A stretch of 64,000 bases of DNA from Tubiluchus corallicola (Eukaryota; Animalia; Priapulida), in assembly GCA_030141605.1 (NCBI GenBank), contig JAQGDQ010000878.1:1-64000 (forward strand). Reading direction: 5' to 3'. The position numbers and the translations under genes are program-made. The notes under the pieces are model-generated. The model saw nothing but the letters and a program-made list of their open reading frames with translations. It was not told the origin of the DNA and searched no databases. Positions 39,587-51,693 of the stretch are shown in pieces. Numbering within the stretch: the first letter of the stretch is position 1; every line of letters starts with the position of its first letter.

Positions 39587-42082
39587 TTTGCAATGTAGTA
39601 ATCAATTTCTTAGTCTTTGTGAATAATAAAAACCCATTTCAATACCCATAGATCAAACCAGTAGTGCTCTAATAGAAAAGCTCTACTTATAATGAAAAGT
39701 ATTTGTATAATTTTTGGGGCAATGTCATACCTTTAGGTTGGTTGTTGGTATGATATATAATCTTTTTGTATTAAAGAAAGACTTTTATTAAGTAGGTGCT
39801 CACAGTCAAAGAATAAAGTCATGCTCTAAAAGCTGCATATCCAACGGCAACTGAATAACAGATTTTCATAACTGAATGGCTTAACATAATTTATATGGAT
39901 AGAAACGGTGATATAAAAGTATTGTACTAATGTTCAAGTCAAAACATTTAGCTAAGAAGTTTCACCAAAATCAAATATAGTTAGAACTCAATTCAGTAAG
40001 ATCGCTGCTGCCACAGCAAGAAACAATGACAAGGTCTCGTCACAGCAATACCATTGTATGTTTCCAAAATAACAAGGACAGCAAAATAACAGATTCCTTA
40101 AAGGTCCATTAAAAAAGTGATGTCCCTACTGTCATTGGTCCACACAAATTTGCTCTTTATGAATCAATTCACAGAAAGCGCTTAATTTTTAAAATGACAT
40201 TCGTGACGAGCAGTAGACCACTAATATGAAATGTTAATAAAGATAAAGGCCCAGTGTAGGTTCCTTTCAAATTATTTTTTCGAAGTTACTCTGACATGCT
40301 TATCAGTCTGATTTCATTCTAAGGATTCCAAGCAAGATTTGTAATCATAATCATACTCATGAACATAATAAAAATTATCTAAGATTTTCCAGACAAAATC
40401 TGAATTAATCGATTTTCAGTTATGGGTGTTACAAAATTTTTGGTGCGTTCGATAATGAAAAGTGTGCCAAAAACAAAACAAACAAATTCTACTACATAAC
40501 TTATTCTTTTACAAAAGTGCCTTTTAGTCATTGTAATAATAACCCGGTAACAAATTGTGAAAATATAACATAAAGAAGTATACGAAGTTCTGTCACCTGT
40601 AGCGGAGCAACAAGTCAGTCAACAAACAAGTTCTTCGCATAATCGAAATTGAAATATTGCCATTAATCGAGTCGAAATAAATTTATTTTAACAGATTACG
40701 AACTCTGATTCCACGTAGCAAAGGCTTACTGAATGGCAGGGTTAAATTTTTGAACATTTAGTCAAGAGAAAAATAAGTCAGAGAAATTAACTTTGCAGAA
40801 ATTCAATGGCTTGCTTCAGAACTTTGTATTACTATAATTACTGCTACACAATCTTTTAATTCAATGCCGTCCTCTGCAAACCAATGGCAAGACTGGAGCT
40901 TAGCATATATCGTCATGAGCCACTGCACCAGCAGAGGTTTCTTAAACCGTGTTCCTATGCAAATTACCGCAGCCAGTACTTTGTACCAACCAGAGAGAGT
41001 ACATGAAGTGGCCATGAGTCATTGATTCAAAGCATGTGTAGGAGGCCACTCTGCTGTATGTTAATATATGATTGTCTGCTTGTGTTGTCAGTGCCACAAA
41101 AATGTGAAACTATATTTTCGAATATTAAAATGGCCAGCATTAAAATAACGAACAATACACAGTGCCTACGAGTCTATAAATTATGGCTCGAACAAGTTGA
41201 CGAAACATCGATATTTTTTTTAAATATCACAAATTTACCATTGCTCGATTTGTTAAAAACTGCTGTATAGTTTCTGCATAGGTGCTATATTTAGGAATTT
41301 TTGCTGGCTTGTATATAAAAATTGTTCTAAACTGGTTGAAATATGTTGTAAATTGCCTAACCTCACAAATTTAGCTAAAATCACTAATCAGCCTCTCCTT
41401 CCTTCAATCAAAGATATATTAATATGTTTACTAAAACAGAAAAACGATTATTTCTAGCTATTATATCCAATTACTGTTAATTATGTGCATATATTTTAAT
41501 AATGTTAACATAAAATTGTGTACCAGAGAATATATTTTTACACAAATTTATTGATCAATACTCTGTTTGTGCAAACAAATCAATAAACTTCATACTGCAG
41601 AATTTGTATGATCCGATAAACCGAATGATCGACAACTAAAATGATATATTTTGTTTGATATGTACTACCATCTAATAAAAATGTTGACTAAAAATATTTA
41701 AAGTGCTTTCGCTTCACTGTACTTCCACGTCTAAGTTTGTGTACGTACCAAACTGGCAGCCTGCAATAAAAGCTGTGAAGAAGATTTCACAGTAATCATT
41801 GAAAAATGTGACTGAAACAAAGGTAAATCGCTGCAAAAGATTAATCAAGATATCGAATTACTAGAACAAAATTATACTCGATTTAAAATATTTCAAGATT
41901 GACAATCACAACGGCACACTCCAAGCTGACATCTAGCATTCAAAGGCGGGGCCTAATCAATGCCATGTTTATGGCAAGACTGGAATACGGCTCATTATAA
42001 ACAAGAGCCCCTAATATGAAATATATACACATCCTTCCACTAGGAAACAAATATTCAGATTCAGTGTCGCAAATGAAACTAT

Positions 42083-42156
42083 CCAGAGCGGGTATTCGGC
42101 CTGGCGTTCACCAATCCAGTCACTGGTCAGACTTGGCATTGCTTAACTTCGTTCAC
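42083..42156 (-). mobile_element. 5S rRNA-derived SINE-like fragment
   Basis: Minus strand GAAGTTAAGCAATGCCAAGTCTGACCAGTGACTGGATTGGTGAACGCCAGGCCGAATACC resembles the 5S internal control region (box A to box C); degenerate and incomplete. Confidence 0.55.
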
Positions 42157-42284
42157 AAAGCAGATTTGTTTGACCACTTGTTTATTCACTCCGCCAGACA
42201 GGCACACCGAACAACTAGGAAATGTTATTGCGCGCATTTTCATTAGCATACCAGAGGCGGTTAGAAGCTGTGTTATACCTATTG

Positions 42285-42677
42285 CATTAGAACCTCGATT
42301 ATCCGGACCCGAGCTTACCCGGAATATGGGGTTATCCGCGCCCCATCCTATCCAGAATCCAGACTAGATAACAAAATTAACACACGTGCAACTCATAGTT
42401 TTTTACCTTTTTCTACAGAAAAAATAACTAAAATTAGCTACAATAACATGTGCAGTTCAAAACAACACGTTCCAGAATTACATGAACATTTTCACTAAAA
42501 AGCACAATATTTTGCTGATAATGAATCGAACCGCACACTCGTAAAATCATTAAATAACTTTAGAATTAGAATTACAGCTACAATCATTAGTAAAAGTCGT
42601 TTATCCGGACTGACTCAATTATTCGGACGGTTTGGACCTCTCAGAACCGGACTGTCTGCATAATCGAGGCTCTGCTG
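42285..42677. mobile_element. Tc1/mariner-pogo-type MITE (degenerate)
   Basis: CATTAGAACCTCGATTATCCGGAC / GTCTGCATAATCGAGGCTCTGCTG|TA. Confidence 0.7.
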
Positions 42678-43990
42678 TACCACATGCAAGCAAAATATGA
42701 CAAAAGTAACGTCAGTTAATGAAACAGTTGTTGTCCAATAACCAGAGATGTTACCGAAACTGAAACTGCAAACCAAAAATGAAATTTATGAAACATAGGA
42801 AACCGATATCGAAATAAAGCCAAACCGAAATCGACTGGTATCAAAACTGAAAAAATTCTGAAACAAATAAAATACTTTGCTTTGGCTTGTTTGCTTACAT
42901 TTGCTATAATACAAGCTTAGTAGCTAGGCAAATCCTAACCAAAAAAGTAGAATGTTTATGGTTAAAGATCTTCAAGCTTCAAAAAAATTGACAAATTTTA
43001 TTTGTAAATATTTTGTTGTCTATATTTCGTAAATTATAAAATTAAACTTGATCTTATTCAAATGACACGTTGATAGATCTGAAAGTTTCACAGTGATCAA
43101 CAATGAAGATATGCCACATTGCCATAAACAGCATGCTATAAATGATAAGTTTCACAATCATCAACACTGAAGATATCCCACATTGCCATACACAGCATGC
43201 AAGAAATGATATAAAAAGTTAACTGAACAATATTTACGCTTTAGATGAACTATTTTAACCAATATTTTTCAGAGATTTTTAACATCTAGCAAATTTGACA
43301 ATTTTCCACGAAAACAAAACTCAACGGAAAGTGAAATTATCAGAAAATTTTCGTTTAAGTAACAACCCTGCCAATAACAGGCCTAATTATTTTTTAATGA
43401 GTTTTTTTAATAAAGGTGTCATTTATTAGACTCACGGTTAATAAAATCAGTGGCTTAATTGACTCAAAAACATCTATTATGCACCGCTCCTATTCAAATG
43501 TATATAAAAACTGTCGACAATTGACTCAAATAACTCCACATAATTGACCCCTACATATAATCCACATATTTTGCTTCGGGTACTTAAAATAAGGCAATTA
43601 TATTGGTTAGAGAGTTTTCTACTAATTTTGTACACTATGCTGAAACAATCATGTAAAGTGGTCAGAGAGTTTTCTACTAATTTTGTGCACTATGCTGAAA
43701 CAATCATGTAAAGTACCATTGTATTTAAAAGCAGGTACCGTTATCATGTACTATTATCCTAGCTAGCGGTTTTGCTTAGAATCTGTCACCGGTTCATCTG
43801 CTGCAATTAACCTTGTTGCCCAAGAATCTATGCAAACAAACTTTTAATGGCATGCCTAGAACTTTCCATTTAATCAGTTAACTGCCACTGTTATGCCACA
43901 TATGCAGTGGCAGTTATCTGCCAGTATTCTTTGTTTACAAGCTTACAAGCATAAACATCATAGAACAATCAAGAACACCGAGTTAAGCTA

Positions 43991-45125
43991 ACATTTAAAA
44001 CTCTTTTGGTTTTTGCAGCAGTGTAAGCTAAAGAGTGATGACTCGTACTTTTACACTACTAATACTACATTTAAAACTCTCTCGGTTTTTGCAGCAGTGT
44101 AAGCTAGAGTGATGACTCATACTTTTACACTAGTAATACTACATTTAAAACTCTCTCGGTTTTTGCAGCAGTGTAAGCTAAAGAGTGACGACTCATACTT
44201 TTACACTACTAATACTACATTTAAAACTCTCTCGGTTTTTGCAGCAGTGTAAGCTAAAGAGTGACGACTCATACTTTTACACTACTAATACTACATTTAA
44301 AACTCTCTCGGTTTTTGCAGCAGTGTAAGCTAAAGAGTGACGACTCATACTTTTACACTACTAATACTACATTTAAAACTCTCTCGGTTTTTGCAGCAGT
44401 GTAAGCTAAAGAGTGACGACTCATACTTTTACACTACTAATACTACATTTAAAACTCTCTCGGTTTTTGCAGCAGTGTAAGCTAAAGAGTGACGACTCAT
44501 ACTTTTACACTACTAATACTACATTTAAAACTCTCTCGGTTTTTGCAGCAGTGTAAGCTAGAGTGACGACTCATACTTTTACACTAGTAATACTACATTT
44601 AAAACTCTCTCGGTTTTTGCAGCAGTGTAAGCTAGAGTGATGACTCATACTTTTACACTAGTAATACTACATTTAAAACTCTCTCGGTTTTTGCAGCAGT
44701 GTAAGCTAAAGAGTGACGACTCATACTTTTACACTACTAATACTACATTTAAAACTCTCTCGGTTTTTGCAGCAGTGTAAGCTAGAGTGATGACTCATAC
44801 TTTTACACTAGTAATACTACATTTAAAACTCTCTCGGTTTTTGCAGCAGTGTAAGCTAAAGAGTGACGACTCATACTTTTACACTACTAATACTACATTT
44901 AAAACTCTCTCGGTTTTTGCAGCAGTGTAAGCTAAAGAGTGATGACTCATACTTTTACACTACTAATACTACATTTAAAACTCTCTCGGTTTTTGCAGCA
45001 GTGTAAGCTAAAGAGTGACGACTCATACTTTTACACTACTAATACTACATTTAAAACTCTCTCGGTTTTGACAGCAATGTAAGCTAAAGAGTGATGACTC
45101 ATACTTTTACACTAGTAATACTACA
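43991..45125. repeat. 74/76-bp tandem satellite, 15 copies
   Basis: Unit ACATTTAAAACTCTCTCGGTTTTTGCAGCAGTGTAAGCTA(AA)GAGTGAYGACTCATACTTTTACACTASTAATACT. Confidence 0.97.
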
Positions 45126-45479
45126 TGCAACTGCTAATAGATTCAATTAATCGTTAATTGGGCCAGAATTCTTCCAACCCAAAGCGAGTCTATTAAGTGG
45201 AGTCTACTGTACTTCAATGTAAATCACAACAATCAGAGTTCATGAAAAAATGTGAAATTTCAAGCTTGAAACACGTTTCATATTGACAAGTGTTTTGGTA
45301 TTTACCATGTAAAAGCTGGTCCCAGAATCAAATCTTTCATCGATACGTCAAACTGCAAAGAGAAACAAAACAAATTTCATCACATTATTTGTTCAAATCA
45401 AAACAAATCAAATCAAAGCAGAATAGATATAAATTATATAATTTTTCTTTGAAACTAGAAGAAATACATATACTATTAT

Positions 45480-45940
45480 TTTTTACTGTTCCACATACGT
45501 CAGACACCCACATTCAATTACAGGGCTGCGTAACGATGAATGGCGGTGGTGTCGGGACCAGCACCTAATCTCATTGTCAAGGATAACCCTCTAAGTTAAG
45601 TCAGCGAACCACAAGAGATGCCTTACCACACATTCGGATGTTATCTACAGATGGCCGTTGGGGAGCGTTAAAAAAGAGCACAACAATTGGGCTGATATGC
45701 ATACAGCACACATTACTGGCTCTCTAACGTGAGCCACTGAACCAGCAGAGGTGTCCTAAACCATGTTTGAATGCACGGTTTTGCACTGAAGTGAGTTAAC
45801 TATACCATCACCTGTATAGAAATATATTATAAGAATGAGAACGAATAATATGCACTGAGTGGATTTGCAACCCATCTCACATTGACTGCCAATCATGATG
45901 TGCAACACCTCACTGACCAAAGGCCCTCCCCGTCTGGACA
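45480..45940 (-). mobile_element. Probable tRNA-derived SINE
   Basis: Minus strand begins with A-box-like TGGTCAGTGAGG and B-box-like GGTTGCAAATCC, then a GC-richer body ending in an A-rich tail. Confidence 0.45.
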
Positions 45941-47919
45941 CGGGTCATTATAGTGGAGTACTCATTTAACTTCATTATAGACACAATGAATTTGACAGCA
46001 GAAACAATCCATTGTGAGGATTAGGCCTACTGTATGCACCTATAGAAACAATATTAAATGAAAAGTCTTGCTTTTCGTATCCTAACTACAGCTTTATTAT
46101 GAATGAATGATTGCAAATTTAAAAACAAACTAGGCACACAAAAGGATCTCATGAATACACATCATCATTCCATAACTCCTTGCAGCTGCAAACCTCCCGT
46201 GAAAACATTTGAAAATGTTACAAACTTACAATGAAAACTTGCAATTTGGTATCGCACTAGTATGGAAAAAGTTGTTAATGGAGACCGAAAATTAAAGGCG
46301 ATTTTCATAAAATCGCTTGTATTGGCATTTTTCATTCAAAAAGATTCTCCATAGTTAAAGTTTGTTCAGTAAAGTTATTTTATAGCATAAACAGGCAAGG
46401 CTGTTTAAAAATTAGCGCAATCTCAATTATAAACCGCGGAAACAATCGGCTCGGTGAATTCAGAATAACATCTATTTCATAAACTGAATTAAATTATCTG
46501 ACTGACTGTGATTAAGATTTACTTATAGTAAGAAAGGTAAAGTAATTCTAAAACTAATACACAATGATCATATGTACTTGAAATATTTACAAAGCTTTTC
46601 GTTCACTTGCAATTCAAATATTTGAATAAAAGCTATATTTAAACCAGTAGAAATCATTTAATCAAGTCATACAGGCAAGTTTAAAACTAGATGTCATTTG
46701 CAGCTAACATACATAGGCTAGCAAGAAGGGTGAAAATCCAAATGAATTTCAAAATGCTGAAGTTCTTCAAATTTTCAACAATAAGTATTTACCGTCGTAA
46801 AGACAAAACTTATGCTGAAAGTTTCAAATGCATGCTTCAAACTGCACTGCAACATCAAAGCAGAAATTTGCTATTCCTAGTGCCCCACCATAAATATTGC
46901 CAATGGTCAACTGGTCAGTGATACATGGCGGTTTTCAATAGACAGATGTCAATTATAATAAGAAAACCAGTTAATTTGTTCTGAAACTTTGAATTATTTT
47001 AAATGAGGTGTTCTTATGAAGCACTAGTCAATGTTCTTCATGGAAGCAAAAATATTTGACACCATCAGTACATTGTTATCAATATGATGCAAAATTGCAA
47101 ACCCATTTATTTTTATCTTTTCGAAACACAAAAGTCCCATCAAATTCTGCTTTAGGCCACAAAATTTGACATAAAAAATATAAAAATTTTGGCTTTAATG
47201 ACAACCCTAATCATACGGTAACACAGCAATTGAAACTGCATTCTTTTTTTGAAAATATGAAAAATTCGTGCATGTCCAATGAGCTGACATTCACCACTTT
47301 CGATTCACAACTCACAAAAGTCCGGCTAAAAATTTCAATTCAAAAGAAACAAACTGCATTGGGTTGGCAAAGCTGTAGTTCGGCAACAATATTATGCAGG
47401 ACCTACACATCTACTAATTTCATAAAGAAAAGAAACATGAAAATCACAACGTTAAAACAGTTTTATAAATTTGAAATTTGTGCATCATTGAATGGTTGTA
47501 TTAATGGCAATTAACAAAGTATGTTAGTGCCTTACTGCCTTTGAGTGGTCATTAATCAAAATTTGGCAAATGCAGAGATCATAGAATCTTACTAATTATT
47601 AAAATACTAATAGGCCTACTCTATTTGTCATTAACACTATGCAAGATTGTCGTGTTTTATTAATCGAATAAGATATTAGGCTGACACAGGCCGAAGAAAA
47701 ACACGACTGGACGTAAAATTAATACTGGTGAAAAATATTCCAAATCAAACTACTGTAGTGTAGGAGAATTTAGGTACATATATGTGTATATGTATATCAT
47801 TGTATATACAAGTAAGTAATATGGTGCATTGTAATGCAAGTAAGTGGTGTATTGACAGATGATCACATAACTCAAATTCGTAACTATGTAAAATTTTCTT
47901 TCAGTCTTTAAGGCTCACT

Positions 47920-48197
47920 CAAAATCGTAATTACATATTATGTTTTCCTTTCTCAACTTTCAGGTTTATTGCTCTTATACCATTGCTATTATTACATCAT
48001 TTACTTCATCCTTATTTACATTAAGTTATCTACAGAAGCATGCATAACTATAATCATTTTTTCATTTAAGTAAGGTGAGTATGTTAATAACCGCATGGTC
48101 GTAGACTCACCTCACACTACTTAAATTATTTTATTTAAAATTTATTAATGTGTTTGATATTGTATTTTTTGATGTGTGAAATAAAATTCATAGTTCA
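47920..48197 (+). repeat. Second copy of the 35776-36032 dispersed repeat
   Basis: Direct sequence similarity. Confidence 0.75.
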
Positions 48198-49085
48198 TAG
48201 TAGTGAAATAATATTCAGCGAGGCAGGAATTTCTTTCTTCAACGAACACAACAGCCAACAACAACGGAGAGGTATGTAGTGTAACATATTATTAAAACTT
48301 TCTTATTACTACAGAAACGAAAATAATACAAGATTTTATTAGTGATCGGGTCCCTGGGAAAGCCACAGCAGCAAGACCTCACCCCAAAAAGCTAGCAAAC
48401 AACACTCAACAGTTATAATTATATTTATAATATAGACTATTAAGTGAGACAGTTTTAAACTAACGTGCATGCAAGCTTAGAAATTCTATATCCCATAAAT
48501 TAAACTGGCTCCATGACATTTACCAACTGTCTTATCGCCGTAAGTTTCTGCCGCGCAAAATTTTATATTTTGTATATGAAAATATTTACACGCCAGGTTC
48601 CGTCTTTCCAAGCTAAATAGCGCAATAAAGTTATTCCATTAGACAAGAGCAGTTATGCCAGAGTGTAAAAAGAAGAAAGACGGAAAATATTGTTACGTAT
48701 TTCGTTTTTGCGATTAGCGGCTATGCTGGCGGCATCAAACGGCGGATAATTAAAAAATTTTGAGCGCCACCTTGACTGTAATAATAATATTCTTAAGTTC
48801 ACCAATAATGTTGGCATACGCACAATTTCGATAAGCCAAAATCACTTTTGCGTTTTTAATAAAAGAAGAATATCTAAATTAAATACAATTATTAGTTTAA
48901 AAAACTGAAAACATTTAATGAAAAGGAAAAAAAATTGTAGCAATAAATTTGTATTATGTACTTGCAAATACTTCTGCAGTTTTCTTGTAAGAAAAATTTT
49001 ATTGTTCTTCCTGAGAAAAGAGGCTAGCTGACTGCGTGATGGGCTGCCTACTATGTAAAAAGGTAATGCATTTTTATTGATTTTT

Positions 49086-49215
49086 CTCTCCCTACCTCTC
49101 TTAAGAGAGAAAGAGACGAAGGAAGACAGAGAGAAAGAGAGAGGAGAGGAAAAGAGACAGTGAAAGGAAGGGAGAGAGAGAGAAAGAGAGAGGAAGGTAG
49201 AGACAGAGATCCTTC
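49086..49215. repeat. GA-rich low-complexity tract
   Basis: Directly visible. Confidence 0.85.
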
Positions 49216-49429
49216 TTTTCCTTTTGTTGAAGGTTCTGCCATTTGTTTCTTGATCGTTTTACTCCAAAGCGAGGTACCGAATTTGGCACATTAAAAATTC
49301 CTTTTGAAATGTGCCATGTAATTAATCTATACAAATAAATCGCACACGTACGCATGCACACAACAAGTAATTGCATACGGTGCTTCATATATAAATAATC
49401 ATTACAGTAGTAGAGATGAGTAGGACTGA

Positions 49430-49825
49430 ACTGCCAGCCTAGGGCATCGTACTGCTGTGCCGCTAGGGCGGCACTAACTGCGCGAACTACTGCGCAGTAA
49501 ATCCCTAATTTCTGTGTTCCATATTCTTTGTTGAACATGTGTTTGTAAGTTAGTTACGCCTGGAAAATTCATGGGTCTTCAGGCGGAGCAAGAGTAAGGG
49601 GTGCGGTTTTCCCCGTTCCTGACTTAGTGACTTTATAAGGTAAGCTGTATGATGTTGCAATCCGTTTAATCATGCTCGGGTTTTGAGGTTTTCCCCTTTT
49701 CGGACAAGCTGTTTATATAAAGAATTGTGGTAAAATCCCGTTGTACGTGTCAATTAATTTGTTTTCAAACTTGTATGTCAGTGTTCGTGCTCCACACTAG
49801 TGACTTTATAAGGTAAGCTGTGTGA
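49430..49825 (+). promoter_or_regulatory. Putative promoter/5' UTR exons of the caspase-STING gene with kB-like motifs
   Basis: Locally GC-richer; strong donors (GTAAGT at ~49546; AAG|GTAAGC twice); GGTTTTCCCC at 49605 and 49687. Confidence 0.4.
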
Positions 49826-51606
49826 TTTTCAGCTACATTGCACCTCACCGTAACTAATGAGTATTTTAAAATTCATTTCAGTGTATCAAAACATTATTAA
49901 AATTAAACTAATGGTATGTCATTAAAACGTATTTGGCCTGCAGACTGGGCTGACCACTACATAATTAATTCGTGCAGTCAGTAAGTCTGGACTTTTTAGC
50001 ATTATCAATTTACTCTAGCGAAACTTATAAGGAACTTTGTTCCAAGTCTATTGTTAATACCATATCTAAGAATTGCGCTTGAGGATTACAATTGCATATT
50101 TCACAAATTCCTTTCAGGTTTTTGTGTTTTTACTAATTTAGATGTGTCATCTGTTTTGATTTATTTACGTCAACTTCTCAACTTCAAAATAAAATGTGCA
50201 ATTTGTCCAATAATCAATATTCAAAGTATTCTACAAAAATCAAATTCTACAGATAATCAATCCTCGAAGCACTCTCTACAGTAACCAAAAACACATCTCT
50301 ATATAGATAATTATTTTGCTGAGTTACCTTAAAGTTTTTGTTATTACGAATTTCCGGCTTACACGATTTGGCCTTTATTAAAGAATGGATTTATTTGCAC
50401 AAACATGCAAGTCACTACTACACTTGGATTGTTTATAACAATTCTCGGACATAAATCACTATCACCAAGATATCCACTTTTAGAAATTTTCCCCACAAAA
50501 ACAGTAAATTGACAGTGTGCAGCTAATTCATATCTAAACGAAATGTCTAGACTGTTGTATATTCTTGTTTTCGAAAATGACAGCTAGGTGCATATATTTA
50601 TAATGCAAGTTGGAACTAACTGAGTAGCAGCAATGAGTGGACCGAGTAAAACCTGAGAACTGTGGTGTTTTTAAACAATTTAGCCCTAAATTGCACCCGT
50701 AGTTTAAATGCCACACGTGCATGTTTATAATATTTTAATAAACTTATTAATAGCATTCAGAGCAGTAATAATTATAAGTACGTACGCCAAAGCAGCAGCC
50801 TAGTGTAGTAAATTTATTGCACTATTGATGATTAGGCTAAAGTTTACAATTTCCCACACACAACAAATTAGTCCGTGAAGCGGACTAGGATTAGGGTTGG
50901 GTTAAGATTAGGGTATTTAAATTGTTTGTGGAATTGCAAACTTTTTCCGATGATTATTATAGCCATACTGCATGTTTTTAACAGCCTTGAAATACAGTAT
51001 TTCTGTGTAATGTGGACATAGTTTTGTGTGTACAGCGCTGTTATGTTCAGTGAATGCATTATATGAGACGCACTGCCACAAAACGAGTTATTGTTGTGTC
51101 TACAGGAAAATGCTTGTGAGTTGGCCCTTCACGTGTGTCAGCATTTCTCCACTAGCATGGTCATGCCTAGAAGCTTTTCAGATTGAGGAGTACTTGGCAA
51201 ATAAGTTCCTCGTGTCATGATCCCATTTTATTGCATTTACATATACCTGTATAACTGTATATATATGCACATATAGACATAATTATGCTCTTTTCTGTTT
51301 GAAAGCCCTGAGATGCCCGAATGCAGATCTTGTATCGACTGTTGCATTAACAGTTTTTTCATTATTAGTTAAATGCCATGTTGTTAAATTATGCAATAGA
51401 ACATCCATGAGTCTATTTAGTACCACAGAACAGAACTTTCCATTAAATTCATGTGCGATTTTACAAGACATTTCAGTATTTGCACTTCTTTGCTTTTTGT
51501 GGTTTAGGTTCGCTCTCCCTTGGTGCCAACTTGTTAACCGTGTAAACAAGCATTTTGGTTCTATTTTCAGTGCATCATATAGAACACTGACCGCCATTTT
51601 TCAGCC

Positions 51607-51693
51607 ATGGCAACCGGAGGTGGCGATGTTCCGTCTACCATCAAGGTGCTGAAAGGGACAATAGTGAATGCTAGATATGCTAGTCGACGAAAT
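51607..51693 (+). CDS. Caspase-STING exon 1 (29-aa N-terminal peptide)
   Basis: gccATGG Kozak context; MATGGGDVPSTIKVLKGTIVNARYASRRN|GTGAGT, phase 0 matching the next exon. Confidence 0.65.

Noticed and set aside
19607-45125. Hammerhead ribozymes in the two hairpin satellites
   Set aside because: No CTGANGA...GAAA core found on either strand of either unit.
49625-49821. Spliced-leader RNA genes at the duplicated AAG|GTAAG motif
   Set aside because: Similarity is limited to ~24 bp and no convincing Sm site or conserved downstream structure is present.
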